Part shown: one piece after another, positions 8,244 through 17,632 of the stretch
Numbering within the stretch: the first letter of the stretch is position 1
Layout: the number at the start of each line of letters is the position of its first letter
NCBI GenBank assembly: GCA_965277805.1
Contig: OZ255842.1
Coordinates: 832,001-896,000 of the forward strand
Length of the DNA stretch: 64,000 nt
Direction of reading: 5' to 3'
From: Candidatus Lustribacter sp.
Lineage (GTDB): Bacteria > Vulcanimicrobiota > Vulcanimicrobiia > Vulcanimicrobiales > Vulcanimicrobiaceae
Translations under genes and position numbers: made by a program
Notes under the pieces: model-generated
Databases searched by the model: none
What the model saw: the letters and a program-made list of their open reading frames with translations, nothing else
What the model was told of the DNA's origin: nothing

Positions 8244-9806
8244 ATGGCCGCCGTGACCTCGCGCACCGGAACCGTCGTCATCCTCGATTTCGGTTCGCAG
8301 GTGAGTCAGCTGATCGCGCGGCGCGCGCGCGAATCGAATGTCTATTCGGAGTTGCTGCCGTTCGATACGCCGTGGGCGGAGATCGCCAAGCGCGAACCGG
8401 CGGCGATCGTGCTCAGCGGCGGCCCGGAAAGCACGCTCGGGCCCGACGCGCCCGATTGCGCGCCGGAAGTGTTCACCAGCGGCCTGCCGTTGCTCGGCAT
8501 CTGCTACGGCATGCAGCTCGTTGCGAAGAAGCTCGGCGGAACGCTCGTTCCGCTGGCGCACAGCGAGTTCGGTGCGGCGATGCTCACGGTCGATGCGCCC
8601 GAGTGCCCGCTCTTTCTCGGCGTTCCGGCAACGTCGCGCGTGTGGATGTCGCACGGCGACACGGTCACCGCTCCCCCGCCCGGATTCCGCGTCTACGCGC
8701 ACACGGAACGCTCGGCGGTCGCCGCCATCGGCGATGAGGCGCGCCGTATTTACGGCGTGACGTTCCATCCCGAAGTCGTGCACACCGAAGCGGGCACGGC
8801 CATCCTGCAGAATTTTCTGCATCGCGTCGCGGCGATCGTGCCGGCATGGGAAATGGCGTCGTTCGTCGACGATGCGATCGAACGCATCCGCCGCGAAGTC
8901 GGCACGGCCAACGTCATTTGCGCGCTCTCCGGCGGCGTCGACTCGGCCGTTGCGGCTACGCTCGTCTCGCGCGCCATCGGCAAACAGCTCACCTGCATCT
9001 ACGTCGACACGGGCCTGATGCGCAAGGACGAATCGGCCGGCGTGCTCGCTGCGTTTCGCGACATCCTGCACCTCAACGTCATCGCGATCGACGCCGAGGA
9101 ACGCTTTCTCGGGCGTCTCGCCGGCATCACCGATCCCGAAGAGAAGCGCGTGCGGATCGGTCACGAGTTCATTGCGATCTTCGAAGAAGAGTCGAAGAAG
9201 ATCCCCGACGTGCAGTTCCTCGTCCAGGGCACGCTCTATCCCGACGTGATCGAATCGAAGACGCCGGGCTCGAAAGCCGGCCACAAGATCAAGTCGCACC
9301 ACAACGTCGGCGGTTTACCGGAACGGATGGCGTTGGGTTTGATCGAGCCGTTGCGCGAACTCTTCAAGGACGAAGTGCGCAAGGTCGGCTCGGTGCTCGG
9401 TTTGCCCGACGCGATCGTGCAGCGGCAGCCGTTCCCCGGGCCCGGCTTGGCCGTGCGCATCATCGGCGAAGTGAACCGCGAGTCGCTCGCGACCGTGCGC
9501 GCCGCCGACTGGATCGTGACGAGCGAAATCGATGCGGCCACCGATCTGCACCCGCGTCCGTGGCAATACTTCGCCGTGCTCACGCCCGTGCGCAGCGTCG
9601 GCGTGATGGGCGACGGCCGCACCTATGCGAACCTCGTCGGCGTCCGCGCGATCACCTCGGAAGACGGCATGACGGCCGACTGGGCCCGTCTCCCGCACGA
9701 TCTCCTCGCCCGCATCTCCACGCGCATCGTCAACGAGGTCCCCGGCGTCAACCGGGTCGCCTACGACATCACCTCCAAACCGCCCGCAACCGTCGAGTGG
9801 GAATGA
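8244..9806 (+). CDS. guaA: GMP synthase
   Basis: ILDFGSQ, GICYGMQ, FHPEV, SGGVDS, KSHHNVGG and KPPATVEWE motifs. Confidence 0.97.
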   Translation: MAAVTSRTGTVVILDFGSQVSQLIARRARESNVYSELLPFDTPWAEIAKREPAAIVLSGGPESTLGPDAPDCAPEVFTSGLPLLGICYGMQLVAKKLGGTLVPLAHSEFGAAMLTVDAPECPLFLGVPATSRVWMSHGDTVTAPPPGFRVYAHTERSAVAAIGDEARRIYGVTFHPEVVHTEAGTAILQNFLHRVAAIVPAWEMASFVDDAIERIRREVGTANVICALSGGVDSAVAATLVSRAIGKQLTCIYVDTGLMRKDESAGVLAAFRDILHLNVIAIDAEERFLGRLAGITDPEEKRVRIGHEFIAIFEEESKKIPDVQFLVQGTLYPDVIESKTPGSKAGHKIKSHHNVGGLPERMALGLIEPLRELFKDEVRKVGSVLGLPDAIVQRQPFPGPGLAVRIIGEVNRESLATVRAADWIVTSEIDAATDLHPRPWQYFAVLTPVRSVGVMGDGRTYANLVGVRAITSEDGMTADWARLPHDLLARISTRIVNEVPGVNRVAYDITSKPPATVEWE

Positions 9807-11074
9807 GAATTCTCGTGGTCGGTGGCGGCGCTCGTGAAGATGCGCTGTCGTGGAAGCTCGCGGAATCGCCGTCGTGTGAGGCGATCTTCCACGCCCCGGG
9901 CAACGCCGGCACCGCATCGCGCGGAACGAATTTCGCCGACGTTTCGGCTACCGACACGCGCGCGATCCTCGACCGCGCCAAAGCCAACGCCATCGACCTC
10001 ACCGTGGTCGGTCCCGAAACCGCGCTCGCGGCGGGCGTTGCCGATCGTCTGCGCGATGCGGGCCTGAACGTCTTCGGTCCCAACCGTTCCGGCGCACGGC
10101 TCGAGTCGAGCAAGGCGTTCGCCAAACGTTTCATGGAACGTCACGGCATTCCGACCGCGCGTTTCGCCGTCGTCCATTCGCTGGCGGCCGCGCTCAAAGC
10201 GCTCGATCAATTCCCGAACGGCGTGGTGGTGAAAGCCGATGGGCTCGCGGCCGGCAAAGGCGTCGTCGTGTGCGACGATACCGCCGCTGCTTCGAACGTG
10301 CTGCGCGAGTGGTATGAGAAGAATAACGTTCCCGGCGGCGGCACCGACATCGTACTCGAAGAGCGGATGAGCGGTCGCGAGATTTCCGTCTTCGCGATTT
10401 CCGACGGCCGCGCGATGATCCCGATCGCGGCGGCGTGCGATTACAAGCGCGCCGGCGATGACGATCGCGGTCCGAATACGGGCGGCATGGGAGCGTATTC
10501 GCCGCCCTCCGGTTTCCCCGCCAACGTGCTCGAGATCGTCCGCGAGCGCGTGATCGCGCCGGTGCTGCGCGGCTTGCTCGCGGAAGATGAAATCTACCGC
10601 GGCGTGCTCTACGTGGGCCTGATGTGGACCGATAGCGGTCCGCGGGTGGTCGAGTTCAACGCCCGCTTCGGCGATCCGGAAACGCAAGTGATGATGCCGC
10701 GCGTCGGCGGCGACTTCGCGCGCTATCTGGCCAGCGCCGCGGAAGGCGCGATCGAACTCGACGCCGCGCACTTCTCCGACGATGCGTGCGTGGGCGTCAC
10801 GCTCACGACCGACCGCTACCCCTACGAGAACACGAAGATCGCCGGCCTGCCGGCCACGTTGCGGCTGCCCGACCACGTGGCCGTTTTTTGGGGCACGTCG
10901 ACGCGTGAGGGCGACCGCATGTCCTCACCCGGCGGACGGGTCCTCACCGTCACCGCGACGGCGCCGACCGTGGCCGAGGCGCGGACGCGGGCCTACGATG
11001 CGATCGCCCAGCTCAAGCCGCAATTCCCGCCCAACACGCCGCTCGTCTACCGCTCCGACATCGCCCGCCTCTAG
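9803..11074 (+). CDS. purD: Phosphoribosylamine--glycine ligase
   Basis: MRILVVGGGARE, PGNAG, KADGLAAGKG, GPNTGGMGAY and EFNARFGDPE motifs. Confidence 0.97.
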   Translation: MRILVVGGGAREDALSWKLAESPSCEAIFHAPGNAGTASRGTNFADVSATDTRAILDRAKANAIDLTVVGPETALAAGVADRLRDAGLNVFGPNRSGARLESSKAFAKRFMERHGIPTARFAVVHSLAAALKALDQFPNGVVVKADGLAAGKGVVVCDDTAAASNVLREWYEKNNVPGGGTDIVLEERMSGREISVFAISDGRAMIPIAAACDYKRAGDDDRGPNTGGMGAYSPPSGFPANVLEIVRERVIAPVLRGLLAEDEIYRGVLYVGLMWTDSGPRVVEFNARFGDPETQVMMPRVGGDFARYLASAAEGAIELDAAHFSDDACVGVTLTTDRYPYENTKIAGLPATLRLPDHVAVFWGTSTREGDRMSSPGGRVLTVTATAPTVAEARTRAYDAIAQLKPQFPPNTPLVYRSDIARL

Positions 11075-11137
11075 CGACCAGAGCAACCGGGCCGCCCTCG
11101 AAACCTCCGGCGCGGCGCCGTGGTAGTGAGGAGCAGC

Positions 11138-11800
11138 ATGAACAACCCGCGCTACTCCGGCTACCAGGGCGGCTCCGCCGTCCAAAGCGCCCCGGCGCTC
11201 CTCGGCCAGGTCCTCGGGATCACCGGGGTCGGCTTCCTGATCACCGCGCTCGCCGCGTATCTCTTCGGCGGCGTCTCGCAAATCGTCGCGACCATCGCGT
11301 TCTTTGCGGGCTTCGCGATGATCTTCGTGATGCGCAGCGTACGCCGTAACCCGGCCGTTGCGCTCTTGTGGTTCTACGCGTTTACGTTCGTCGAGGGCAT
11401 CGGCATCGCGCCGCTGATCTCGCATTACACGGCCGTCGCCGGCGCCGAAGTCGTCGTCGATGCAGCCGCCACCACCGGCTTCGGCATGCTCGTGCTGGGC
11501 GGCGTCGCGTTCACGTTCTCGATCGATTGGCGGCGCTTCCAAGGTATCGCGTTCGGCGCGCTGCTCGTGCTCGTGCTCGCCGGCATCGCCTCAATCTTCT
11601 TTCACTTCATCAACCCCGGCGTGTATGCGTGGGCGACCCTGGGCATCTTCACGCTGCTCACGCTGGTCGACTTCAGTCGCATCCGCGCCGGCGGCGACGG
11701 CCTGACGCCCGTCGACCTTGCCGTGTCGATCTACCTCGACGGCCTGAACATCTTCATCGCACTGCTCGAACTCTTCGGGATGCGTAGCCGGGACGATTAG
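11138..11800 (+). CDS. Bax inhibitor-1/YccA family membrane protein
   Basis: About 7 hydrophobic segments; AVSIYLDGLNIFIALLELFG C-terminus; GAGGAG SD before ATG 11138. Confidence 0.88.
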   Translation: MNNPRYSGYQGGSAVQSAPALLGQVLGITGVGFLITALAAYLFGGVSQIVATIAFFAGFAMIFVMRSVRRNPAVALLWFYAFTFVEGIGIAPLISHYTAVAGAEVVVDAAATTGFGMLVLGGVAFTFSIDWRRFQGIAFGALLVLVLAGIASIFFHFINPGVYAWATLGIFTLLTLVDFSRIRAGGDGLTPVDLAVSIYLDGLNIFIALLELFGMRSRDD

Positions 11801-11824
11801 CCCCTAACCGGGAAGGGTCCAGGT

Positions 11825-13210
11825 ATGTGCGGGATCGCGGCCGTCTATGCGCCAGGGCTCGATGTTGCGCGGCTCGTGTACTTTGGCCTATACGCTTTGC
11901 AGCACCGCGGCCAAGAGAGCGCCGGCATCGCGGTCGGCGACGGCACGACGATGTCGAGCCATCGCGAGATGGGCTTGCTCACTGGTGTCTTCACCGAAGA
12001 GATTCTCGGCCGCCTCAACGGTTACGTTGCGATGGGGCACACGCGGTACTCGACGACCGGTTCGTCGGTCATCGTCAACGCACAGCCGTTCATGGAAAAT
12101 ACCGACATCGGCCCGTTCGCGTTCGGCCACAACGGCAATCTGACCAACGCCGACGAGATGCTGGCGGCGCTGCCGTCGACGGTCCGGCTCGATGCGACCT
12201 CCGATAGCGAAATTCTGGCGAAGACGATCGCGCTCGGCACCGGTGCGACGCTGGTCGAACGCATCAAGAGCGCGATGGCTCTCGCCGAGGGCGCGTATTC
12301 GGTCGTCATGACCACGCCCGATTCCATCATCGCGTTTCGCGATCCGTGGGGCGTGCGGCCACTGTGCATCGGCACCTACGGCGACGGCGGCTACATGATC
12401 GCATCAGAATCGTGCGCGATGGCCACGGTCGGCGCGCAGTACTTACGCGAGATCGAAGCCGGCGAAATCGTGGTCGTCGATCGCAACGGCATGCGCAGCG
12501 AACACATCGAGAAGGTCGAGCCGCCGGCGCTCTGCATGTTCGAGTACATCTACTTCGCGCGGCCCGATTCGGTGCTCTCCGGACGTTCGATCTACATGGC
12601 ACGCTACGAGATGGGACGTGCTCTCGCTCGCGAGCATCCGGTCGACGCCGACGTCGTCATGGCGGTGCCCGATTCGGCCATTCCGGGTGGCATCGGCTAC
12701 GCGGCCGAAAGCGGCTTGCCGTACGTCGAAGGGCTGATCAAGAACCGCTACATCGGGCGTACGTTCATCAGCCCGGATCAGAACGTGCGCAATCAAGGCG
12801 TGCAGCTGAAATTCAACCCGATCGTTGAGAACCTGCGCGGCCAGCGCGTCGTCGTGGTCGACGATTCGATCGTGCGCGGCACCACCACGCCGCGCATCGT
12901 CTCGCTGCTGCGCGATGCGGGCGCGCGCGAAGTGCACTTGCGCATCACCTCGCCGCCGATCGTGCATCCCTGTTATCTCGGCGTCGACATGGCGACCTAC
13001 AAAGAACTGATTGCGGCCAACCTGACGGTCGATCAGATCCGCGCGCGCGTCGGAGCCGATTCGCTCGGCTATCTCAGCGTGGATCGCCTGGTCGAGTCGA
13101 CCGGACGCGAACGGTCCGATTTCTGCCTCGGGTGTCTGACCGGAGCGTATCCAAGCGCGCCCGTCGTCGCAATGCCGGGCGCCGATCGCCAACCCGCGCT
13201 CAAGCTCTAG
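11825..13210 (+). CDS. purF: Amidophosphoribosyltransferase
   Basis: N-terminal MCG, LQHRGQE, GHTRYST, HNGN, VDDSIVRGTT motifs and Fe-S cysteines (FCLGC). Confidence 0.97.
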   Translation: MCGIAAVYAPGLDVARLVYFGLYALQHRGQESAGIAVGDGTTMSSHREMGLLTGVFTEEILGRLNGYVAMGHTRYSTTGSSVIVNAQPFMENTDIGPFAFGHNGNLTNADEMLAALPSTVRLDATSDSEILAKTIALGTGATLVERIKSAMALAEGAYSVVMTTPDSIIAFRDPWGVRPLCIGTYGDGGYMIASESCAMATVGAQYLREIEAGEIVVVDRNGMRSEHIEKVEPPALCMFEYIYFARPDSVLSGRSIYMARYEMGRALAREHPVDADVVMAVPDSAIPGGIGYAAESGLPYVEGLIKNRYIGRTFISPDQNVRNQGVQLKFNPIVENLRGQRVVVVDDSIVRGTTTPRIVSLLRDAGAREVHLRITSPPIVHPCYLGVDMATYKELIAANLTVDQIRARVGADSLGYLSVDRLVESTGRERSDFCLGCLTGAYPSAPVVAMPGADRQPALKL

Positions 13211-14662
13211 GTGCGCGTCGGCGCGACGCCGTTTTCCGATCCGCGTCAGCTCGCCGCGATCGACGACCTGCTTCGCCAAAAGCCCGACGAGCTCGCGTAT
13301 CGCTTCGGTCGCGCGTGCTGTCTCGAGGACCTGGGTCGCATCGATGAGGCGATGACGGCGTACGTCGACCTGCTCACGCGCGAGCCGACGCACTTCGGCG
13401 GGCTGACGAACCTCGGCTCGCTCTTGTTCGAACGCGGGTATATCGCGCAAGCCCGGCCGTATATCTCGGCGGCGGTGAAGCTGCACCCCGGCGACCCGGT
13501 GGCGCTGGTGAACTTCGCGCAGCTGCAGGCCGCGGGCGACGATGATTTCGACGCCGCGATCGCGACGTACACCTCGGTCCTGCAGGTGCGGCCGGAGTTT
13601 CTGCACGCGCATCTCGGACTCGCGGCGATCTACACGCAGACCGGACGGCCGGAACTCGCGCAAGCGCATCTCGATCGCGCGTACACCGAACCGAAGGCAT
13701 GGACCTTTCCCTATCGCGGCAGCGCGCCGCCGTTGCAGGTGCTGCTGCTCGTATCGGCGTTCGGCGGGGACATGGTCACGAATCTGTTTTTCGACGACGA
13801 GGTCGTGCAGAAGGGCGTGCTACTCGCAGATTCGGTGCGCGGCCCGCTCGAGTTCCCACCCTATCACGTGCTGTTCAACGCGATCGGTGATGCCGACCGC
13901 AGCCGTCCGAGCTTGGAACGCGCGGTGGCAATCGCCGCCGCATCGCCGGCCGCGGTGATCAATGAACCGGCGGCGGTGTTGCGCACGGGACGGGTCGAGA
14001 CGATGCAGCGCTTGCGCGGCTTGCCCGGGGTGCGCGCGCCGCGCACGGAGCGAATCGCCCGCGAAGCGCTCACGGCGGCCGCGTTGACGGAACGCGGCTT
14101 TACGTTTCCTCTGCTCCTGCGTTCGCCCGGACATCATGCCGGCGATCATTTCGCAGTCGCGCGGACGGCGGATCAACTATCGGGCGTGATGGAAGCGCTG
14201 CCGGGGCGCGATCTGCTCGCGATCGAGTACCTCGATGCGCGCGGAGCCGACGGCGACGTGCGCAAATATCGCGTCGTGGCCGTTGACGGGAAGCTATACC
14301 CGGTGCATCTGGCGATCGCGTCGCAGTGGAAGGTCCACTACTTCAGCGCGGAGATGACGGATCGAGCGGACCACCGGGCCGAAGAGGCTGCCTTTCTCGA
14401 GGACATGACGGCGGTCGCCGGCGAGCGCGGCATGCGCGCGCTCGAGGCGATCGTTGCGACGATGGGGCTGGATTATGCCGGCGTTGATTTCGGAATCGAT
14501 TCTGCGGGTACCATCCTCGTGTTCGAAGCGAATGCCACGATGGCGGTCTATCCGCCCGACGATGGTGAGCTGTGGGGCTATCGCCGCCGGGCCGTCGATC
14601 GCGTGATCGCCGCCGTGCGCACGATGCTCGTCGAACGTGCTAAAACCGCGGGGTATGCTTGA
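13211..14662 (+). CDS. TPR-repeat protein with C-terminal RimK-like ATP-grasp domain
   Basis: N-terminal TPR-like helices; FPLLLR, RKYRV and GLDYAGVDFGI...VFEAN motifs. Confidence 0.8.
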   Translation: MRVGATPFSDPRQLAAIDDLLRQKPDELAYRFGRACCLEDLGRIDEAMTAYVDLLTREPTHFGGLTNLGSLLFERGYIAQARPYISAAVKLHPGDPVALVNFAQLQAAGDDDFDAAIATYTSVLQVRPEFLHAHLGLAAIYTQTGRPELAQAHLDRAYTEPKAWTFPYRGSAPPLQVLLLVSAFGGDMVTNLFFDDEVVQKGVLLADSVRGPLEFPPYHVLFNAIGDADRSRPSLERAVAIAAASPAAVINEPAAVLRTGRVETMQRLRGLPGVRAPRTERIAREALTAAALTERGFTFPLLLRSPGHHAGDHFAVARTADQLSGVMEALPGRDLLAIEYLDARGADGDVRKYRVVAVDGKLYPVHLAIASQWKVHYFSAEMTDRADHRAEEAAFLEDMTAVAGERGMRALEAIVATMGLDYAGVDFGIDSAGTILVFEANATMAVYPPDDGELWGYRRRAVDRVIAAVRTMLVERAKTAGYA

Positions 14663-15408
14663 AAAAACTCATCGTGTTCGATCTCGACGGAACGCTGGCC
14701 GAAAGCAAATCGGCGATCGACTCCGAGATGTCCGGCCTGCTGGGCCGTCTGCTCGCCGTGGAGCGCGTGGCCGTCATCTCGGGCGGCGCCTTTCCGCAGT
14801 TCGAACAGCAGCTCGTCGGCAATCTGCCGAAGGACGGTGATCTCTCGAAGCTCTCGCTCTTGCCGACCTGCGGCACGCGCTTCTATTCCTACGAAGGCGG
14901 CGCGTGGAAGTTGCTCTATGCTGAAGACTTCAGCCCCGATCAAAAGAAGAAGATCCTCGCCGCACTGAACCAAGCCGTCGATCAATCCGGCTTCAAGGCG
15001 GAGAAAACGTGGGGTGAGGCGATCGAAGATCGCGATAGCCAGATCACCTACTCGGCTTTAGGTCAGCAAGCTCCGCTCGATGCGAAGAAGACCTGGGACC
15101 CCGATTTCTCCAAGCGCAAAAAAATCAAGAGCATCCTCGATCCGCTGCTTCCGGATTTCGCGGTCAACCTCGGCGGCTCGACGTCGATCGACATCACCAA
15201 GCCCGGCATCGACAAAGCCTATGGTATCCACAAACTCGAGAGCATCCTGAACATTCCGATCGCCCAAATGCTCTACATCGGCGACGCGCTCTTCCCAGGC
15301 GGCAACGACTACCCCGCTCGCTCCACCGGCGCCGACTGCATCCAAGTCCGCGACCCCAACGAAACAAAACGCGTCATCGAAGCCATCATCGCCTGCGAAT
15401 CCCCATAG
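14659..15408 (+). CDS. HAD-IIB hydrolase, eukaryote-type phosphomannomutase-like
   Basis: FDLDGTL, ISGG, GGSTSIDI..PGIDK and GDALFPGGND motifs. Confidence 0.85.
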   Translation: MKKLIVFDLDGTLAESKSAIDSEMSGLLGRLLAVERVAVISGGAFPQFEQQLVGNLPKDGDLSKLSLLPTCGTRFYSYEGGAWKLLYAEDFSPDQKKKILAALNQAVDQSGFKAEKTWGEAIEDRDSQITYSALGQQAPLDAKKTWDPDFSKRKKIKSILDPLLPDFAVNLGGSTSIDITKPGIDKAYGIHKLESILNIPIAQMLYIGDALFPGGNDYPARSTGADCIQVRDPNETKRVIEAIIACESP

Positions 15409-15432
15409 ACCGCCCCGCTGTCATTAAACCAC

Positions 15433-15616
15433 TGTCATCCGAGCAAAGCGCCGAAGGCGCGTCGTCGAGGAACGCGCCACGATCGTCGCTATCGAGCAGT
15501 GGAGTGGAAAAAAAAAGAAGAAGTAACCACTGCTCGCGCCTTCGCGCTCGCACTCTAAATACGAGAGATTTTCTCGGTTCCTCGACTACGCGCTACGCGC
15601 TTCGCTCGGAATGACA
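15433..15616. repeat. REP-like/MITE-like element with ~40-nt imperfect terminal inverted repeats
   Basis: 15433-15473 TGTCATCCGAGCAAAGCG...GTCGAGGAAC pairs with 15577-15616 GTTCCTCGAC...CGCTTCGCTCGGAATGACA; inner GAGCAGTGG/CCACTGCTC stem. Confidence 0.75.
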
Positions 15617-15624
15617 CAAAAAAA

Positions 15625-15876
15625 ATGATCGTTGCTTTGGGTTACCTCGCTGCCGTGCTTACGAGCGGCGCGGCTCTTCCGCAGGTTATTCATACGCTGC
15701 GTTCGCGTGATGTGCGTGGTATATCCGTACCATACTGGCTGACACTTTCAGCCGGTGTGGCGTTGTGGCTCATCTACGGACTCTACATTGGTTCCGGGCC
15801 GTTGATCGCGGCGAATGCCGTGTCGCTCGGCCTCGATCTTGCCGTGCTGTGGTTAACCTTTCGGTATCGCGTTTAA
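15625..15876 (+). CDS. SemiSWEET/PQ-loop family transporter
   Basis: 83 aa, 3 TM segments; LPQ motif, GIS, LWLIYG and PLIAAN. Confidence 0.85.
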   Translation: MIVALGYLAAVLTSGAALPQVIHTLRSRDVRGISVPYWLTLSAGVALWLIYGLYIGSGPLIAANAVSLGLDLAVLWLTFRYRV

Positions 15877-17621
15877 AACAGCGGGGCGACGACGACCGAG
15901 ATGACCGCGGGCAGGCCGAGTTCGTTGGCTCGGCGGGCACGGTTGAGGGCTGGGCTCACGTCGGCCGGGTCGGTGACGGTTTCGCCGTAGGCGCCGCAGG
16001 CTTCGGCTTCTTTGGCGAAATCGATGGCGGCGAAGGTGCCGCCCTCGTAGGCGACTTTTTTCGCGTACGAGTCCGGATACATCGTGGAGACTTGCAGCGT
16101 GCCGGTGCTGTAGGCGCCGTTCTGGAAGATCACGATGGTGAATGGCGCGCCGTAGGTTTTGGCGGCTAAGAGCGCGGCGTTGGCGGTGCTGAACATGTAG
16201 AAGCCGTCGCCGGTGACGGCGATGACGTGTTTGTCGGGGCGCGCGAGTTTCACGCCCAGTGCAGCGCCGGGCGTGTAGCCGCCGCTGCTGGCGGGGTTGG
16301 CGATGTAGGAACCGGGCTCGGAGCACTGTAGATAGCGCTCGACCTGGTTGTGCGGGAGCGTTTCGTCGAGCACGATCGAATCGGTGCCGGCAAATGCGCC
16401 GATTTCGTGCGAGACCCAGAGCGGATCGATCGGCGTCTTGGTGGAGCGGCTTTGCGCGTTGCGTTCGGCTTCGGCGCGCCGTTCGGCATTGGATGCTTCC
16501 AAGCGCGCGCGGCGGGTTTCGATGCGCGCGCGGTCGGCGGCGGTGATCGTTTCGCGTACGACCGACGTCAGTGCTTCGATCGCGTTGAGCGGGCCGGACG
16601 TGAGGCGCAGGTCGGCCGTGAATTCGAACGTCGGAATGCGCGCGCGGATCGGGTCCGCATCGATGACCGCAACGTAGGCCGACGGCGGCGGCGCGGCTGC
16701 ACCGGGTACCCACGGCACGTTCGCGTCGAGTGCGACGACGACGTCGGCGTCGGCCAGCGGCACGGCTCCGAGGTTCAGCGGATGGTTGAACGGGAAGCAC
16801 AGGTACGACCGGAACGCCGACGTTGCGACCGGCAACGCGAGCAATTCGCACAACGTCACCAACGCCGCGACGGTTCGCGTGTCGCGTCCCGAACTCGACA
16901 CGACCACGTATGGGCGTTCGGCCGCGAGCAAACGCTGCGCGATCTCGCGGATGCCGTCGGGATCCGCTGCAGCGGGCCGCGGAATGCCGAGTTGCGACGC
17001 CGACGGGAACGACGTTTCGCGTGCGGGCAGAAGCGCGATTTCGCGCGGCACGCTCATGTAGACCGGCCCGCGCGGATCGCTCTGCGCGATCTGAAGGCCG
17101 CGGCTCGCCATCAGTCCGGGATTATCCTGATATTCGAGGCGATGGTCCCACTTCACGTAGTTGCGCACGATGCCGTTCTGGTCGTACGACTGCTGCATCC
17201 ACAGATGACCGCCGCGATCGCGCGAGCCTTTCATCGACCCCGGATACGAGACCGGCGGCCCGCCGGCCATGATCATCACCGGCACGCCCGCGTGCGCCGC
17301 GGTGTGGATCGCGCCGCCGTAATGATACGTTCCGGTGTCGACGTGCACCGCGGTTGCGGCCGGCTTGCCGCTCGCCGCCGCATACCCCAACGCCGCGTTC
17401 AAGCTCGCATGCTCGTGCGTCATCGTGATCAGGCGCGGCGCGGGACGGCCGAGCGCGTTCGCCTTCGCGATCGCTTCCTGGTACCACACGATCTCGGCGC
17501 CCGAGGTGAAGAAGAGATGATCGACGCCGCCCGCCGTAAGCGCGGTGACGACGGCTTCGCCGACGTCGGCACCGGCCGGGACTTCGGTCCACTGGTGCGC
17601 GGTCTTCTCGAGCATGTCCAT
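15873..17621 (-). CDS. ThDP-dependent enzyme (acetolactate synthase/benzoylformate decarboxylase superfamily)
   Basis: THE catalytic Glu, GPVYMSVPRE and TGDG...FQN ThDP motif; start MDMLEK at 17621 with GGAG SD. Confidence 0.88.
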   Translation of the reverse strand: MDMLEKTAHQWTEVPAGADVGEAVVTALTAGGVDHLFFTSGAEIVWYQEAIAKANALGRPAPRLITMTHEHASLNAALGYAAASGKPAATAVHVDTGTYHYGGAIHTAAHAGVPVMIMAGGPPVSYPGSMKGSRDRGGHLWMQQSYDQNGIVRNYVKWDHRLEYQDNPGLMASRGLQIAQSDPRGPVYMSVPREIALLPARETSFPSASQLGIPRPAAADPDGIREIAQRLLAAERPYVVVSSSGRDTRTVAALVTLCELLALPVATSAFRSYLCFPFNHPLNLGAVPLADADVVVALDANVPWVPGAAAPPPSAYVAVIDADPIRARIPTFEFTADLRLTSGPLNAIEALTSVVRETITAADRARIETRRARLEASNAERRAEAERNAQSRSTKTPIDPLWVSHEIGAFAGTDSIVLDETLPHNQVERYLQCSEPGSYIANPASSGGYTPGAALGVKLARPDKHVIAVTGDGFYMFSTANAALLAAKTYGAPFTIVIFQNGAYSTGTLQVSTMYPDSYAKKVAYEGGTFAAIDFAKEAEACGAYGETVTDPADVSPALNRARRANELGLPAVISVVVAPLF

Positions 17622-17632
17622 GGCGTGGCTCC

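Noticed and set aside
8846-9802. Apparent 742-aa PurD
   Set aside because: The extension overlaps guaA out of frame; the real start is MRILVVG at 9803.
13208-13213. Pyrrolysine or amber readthrough fusing PurF to the TPR protein
   Set aside because: PurF is complete at the TAG, no pyl genes are visible, and similar junctions use TAA.
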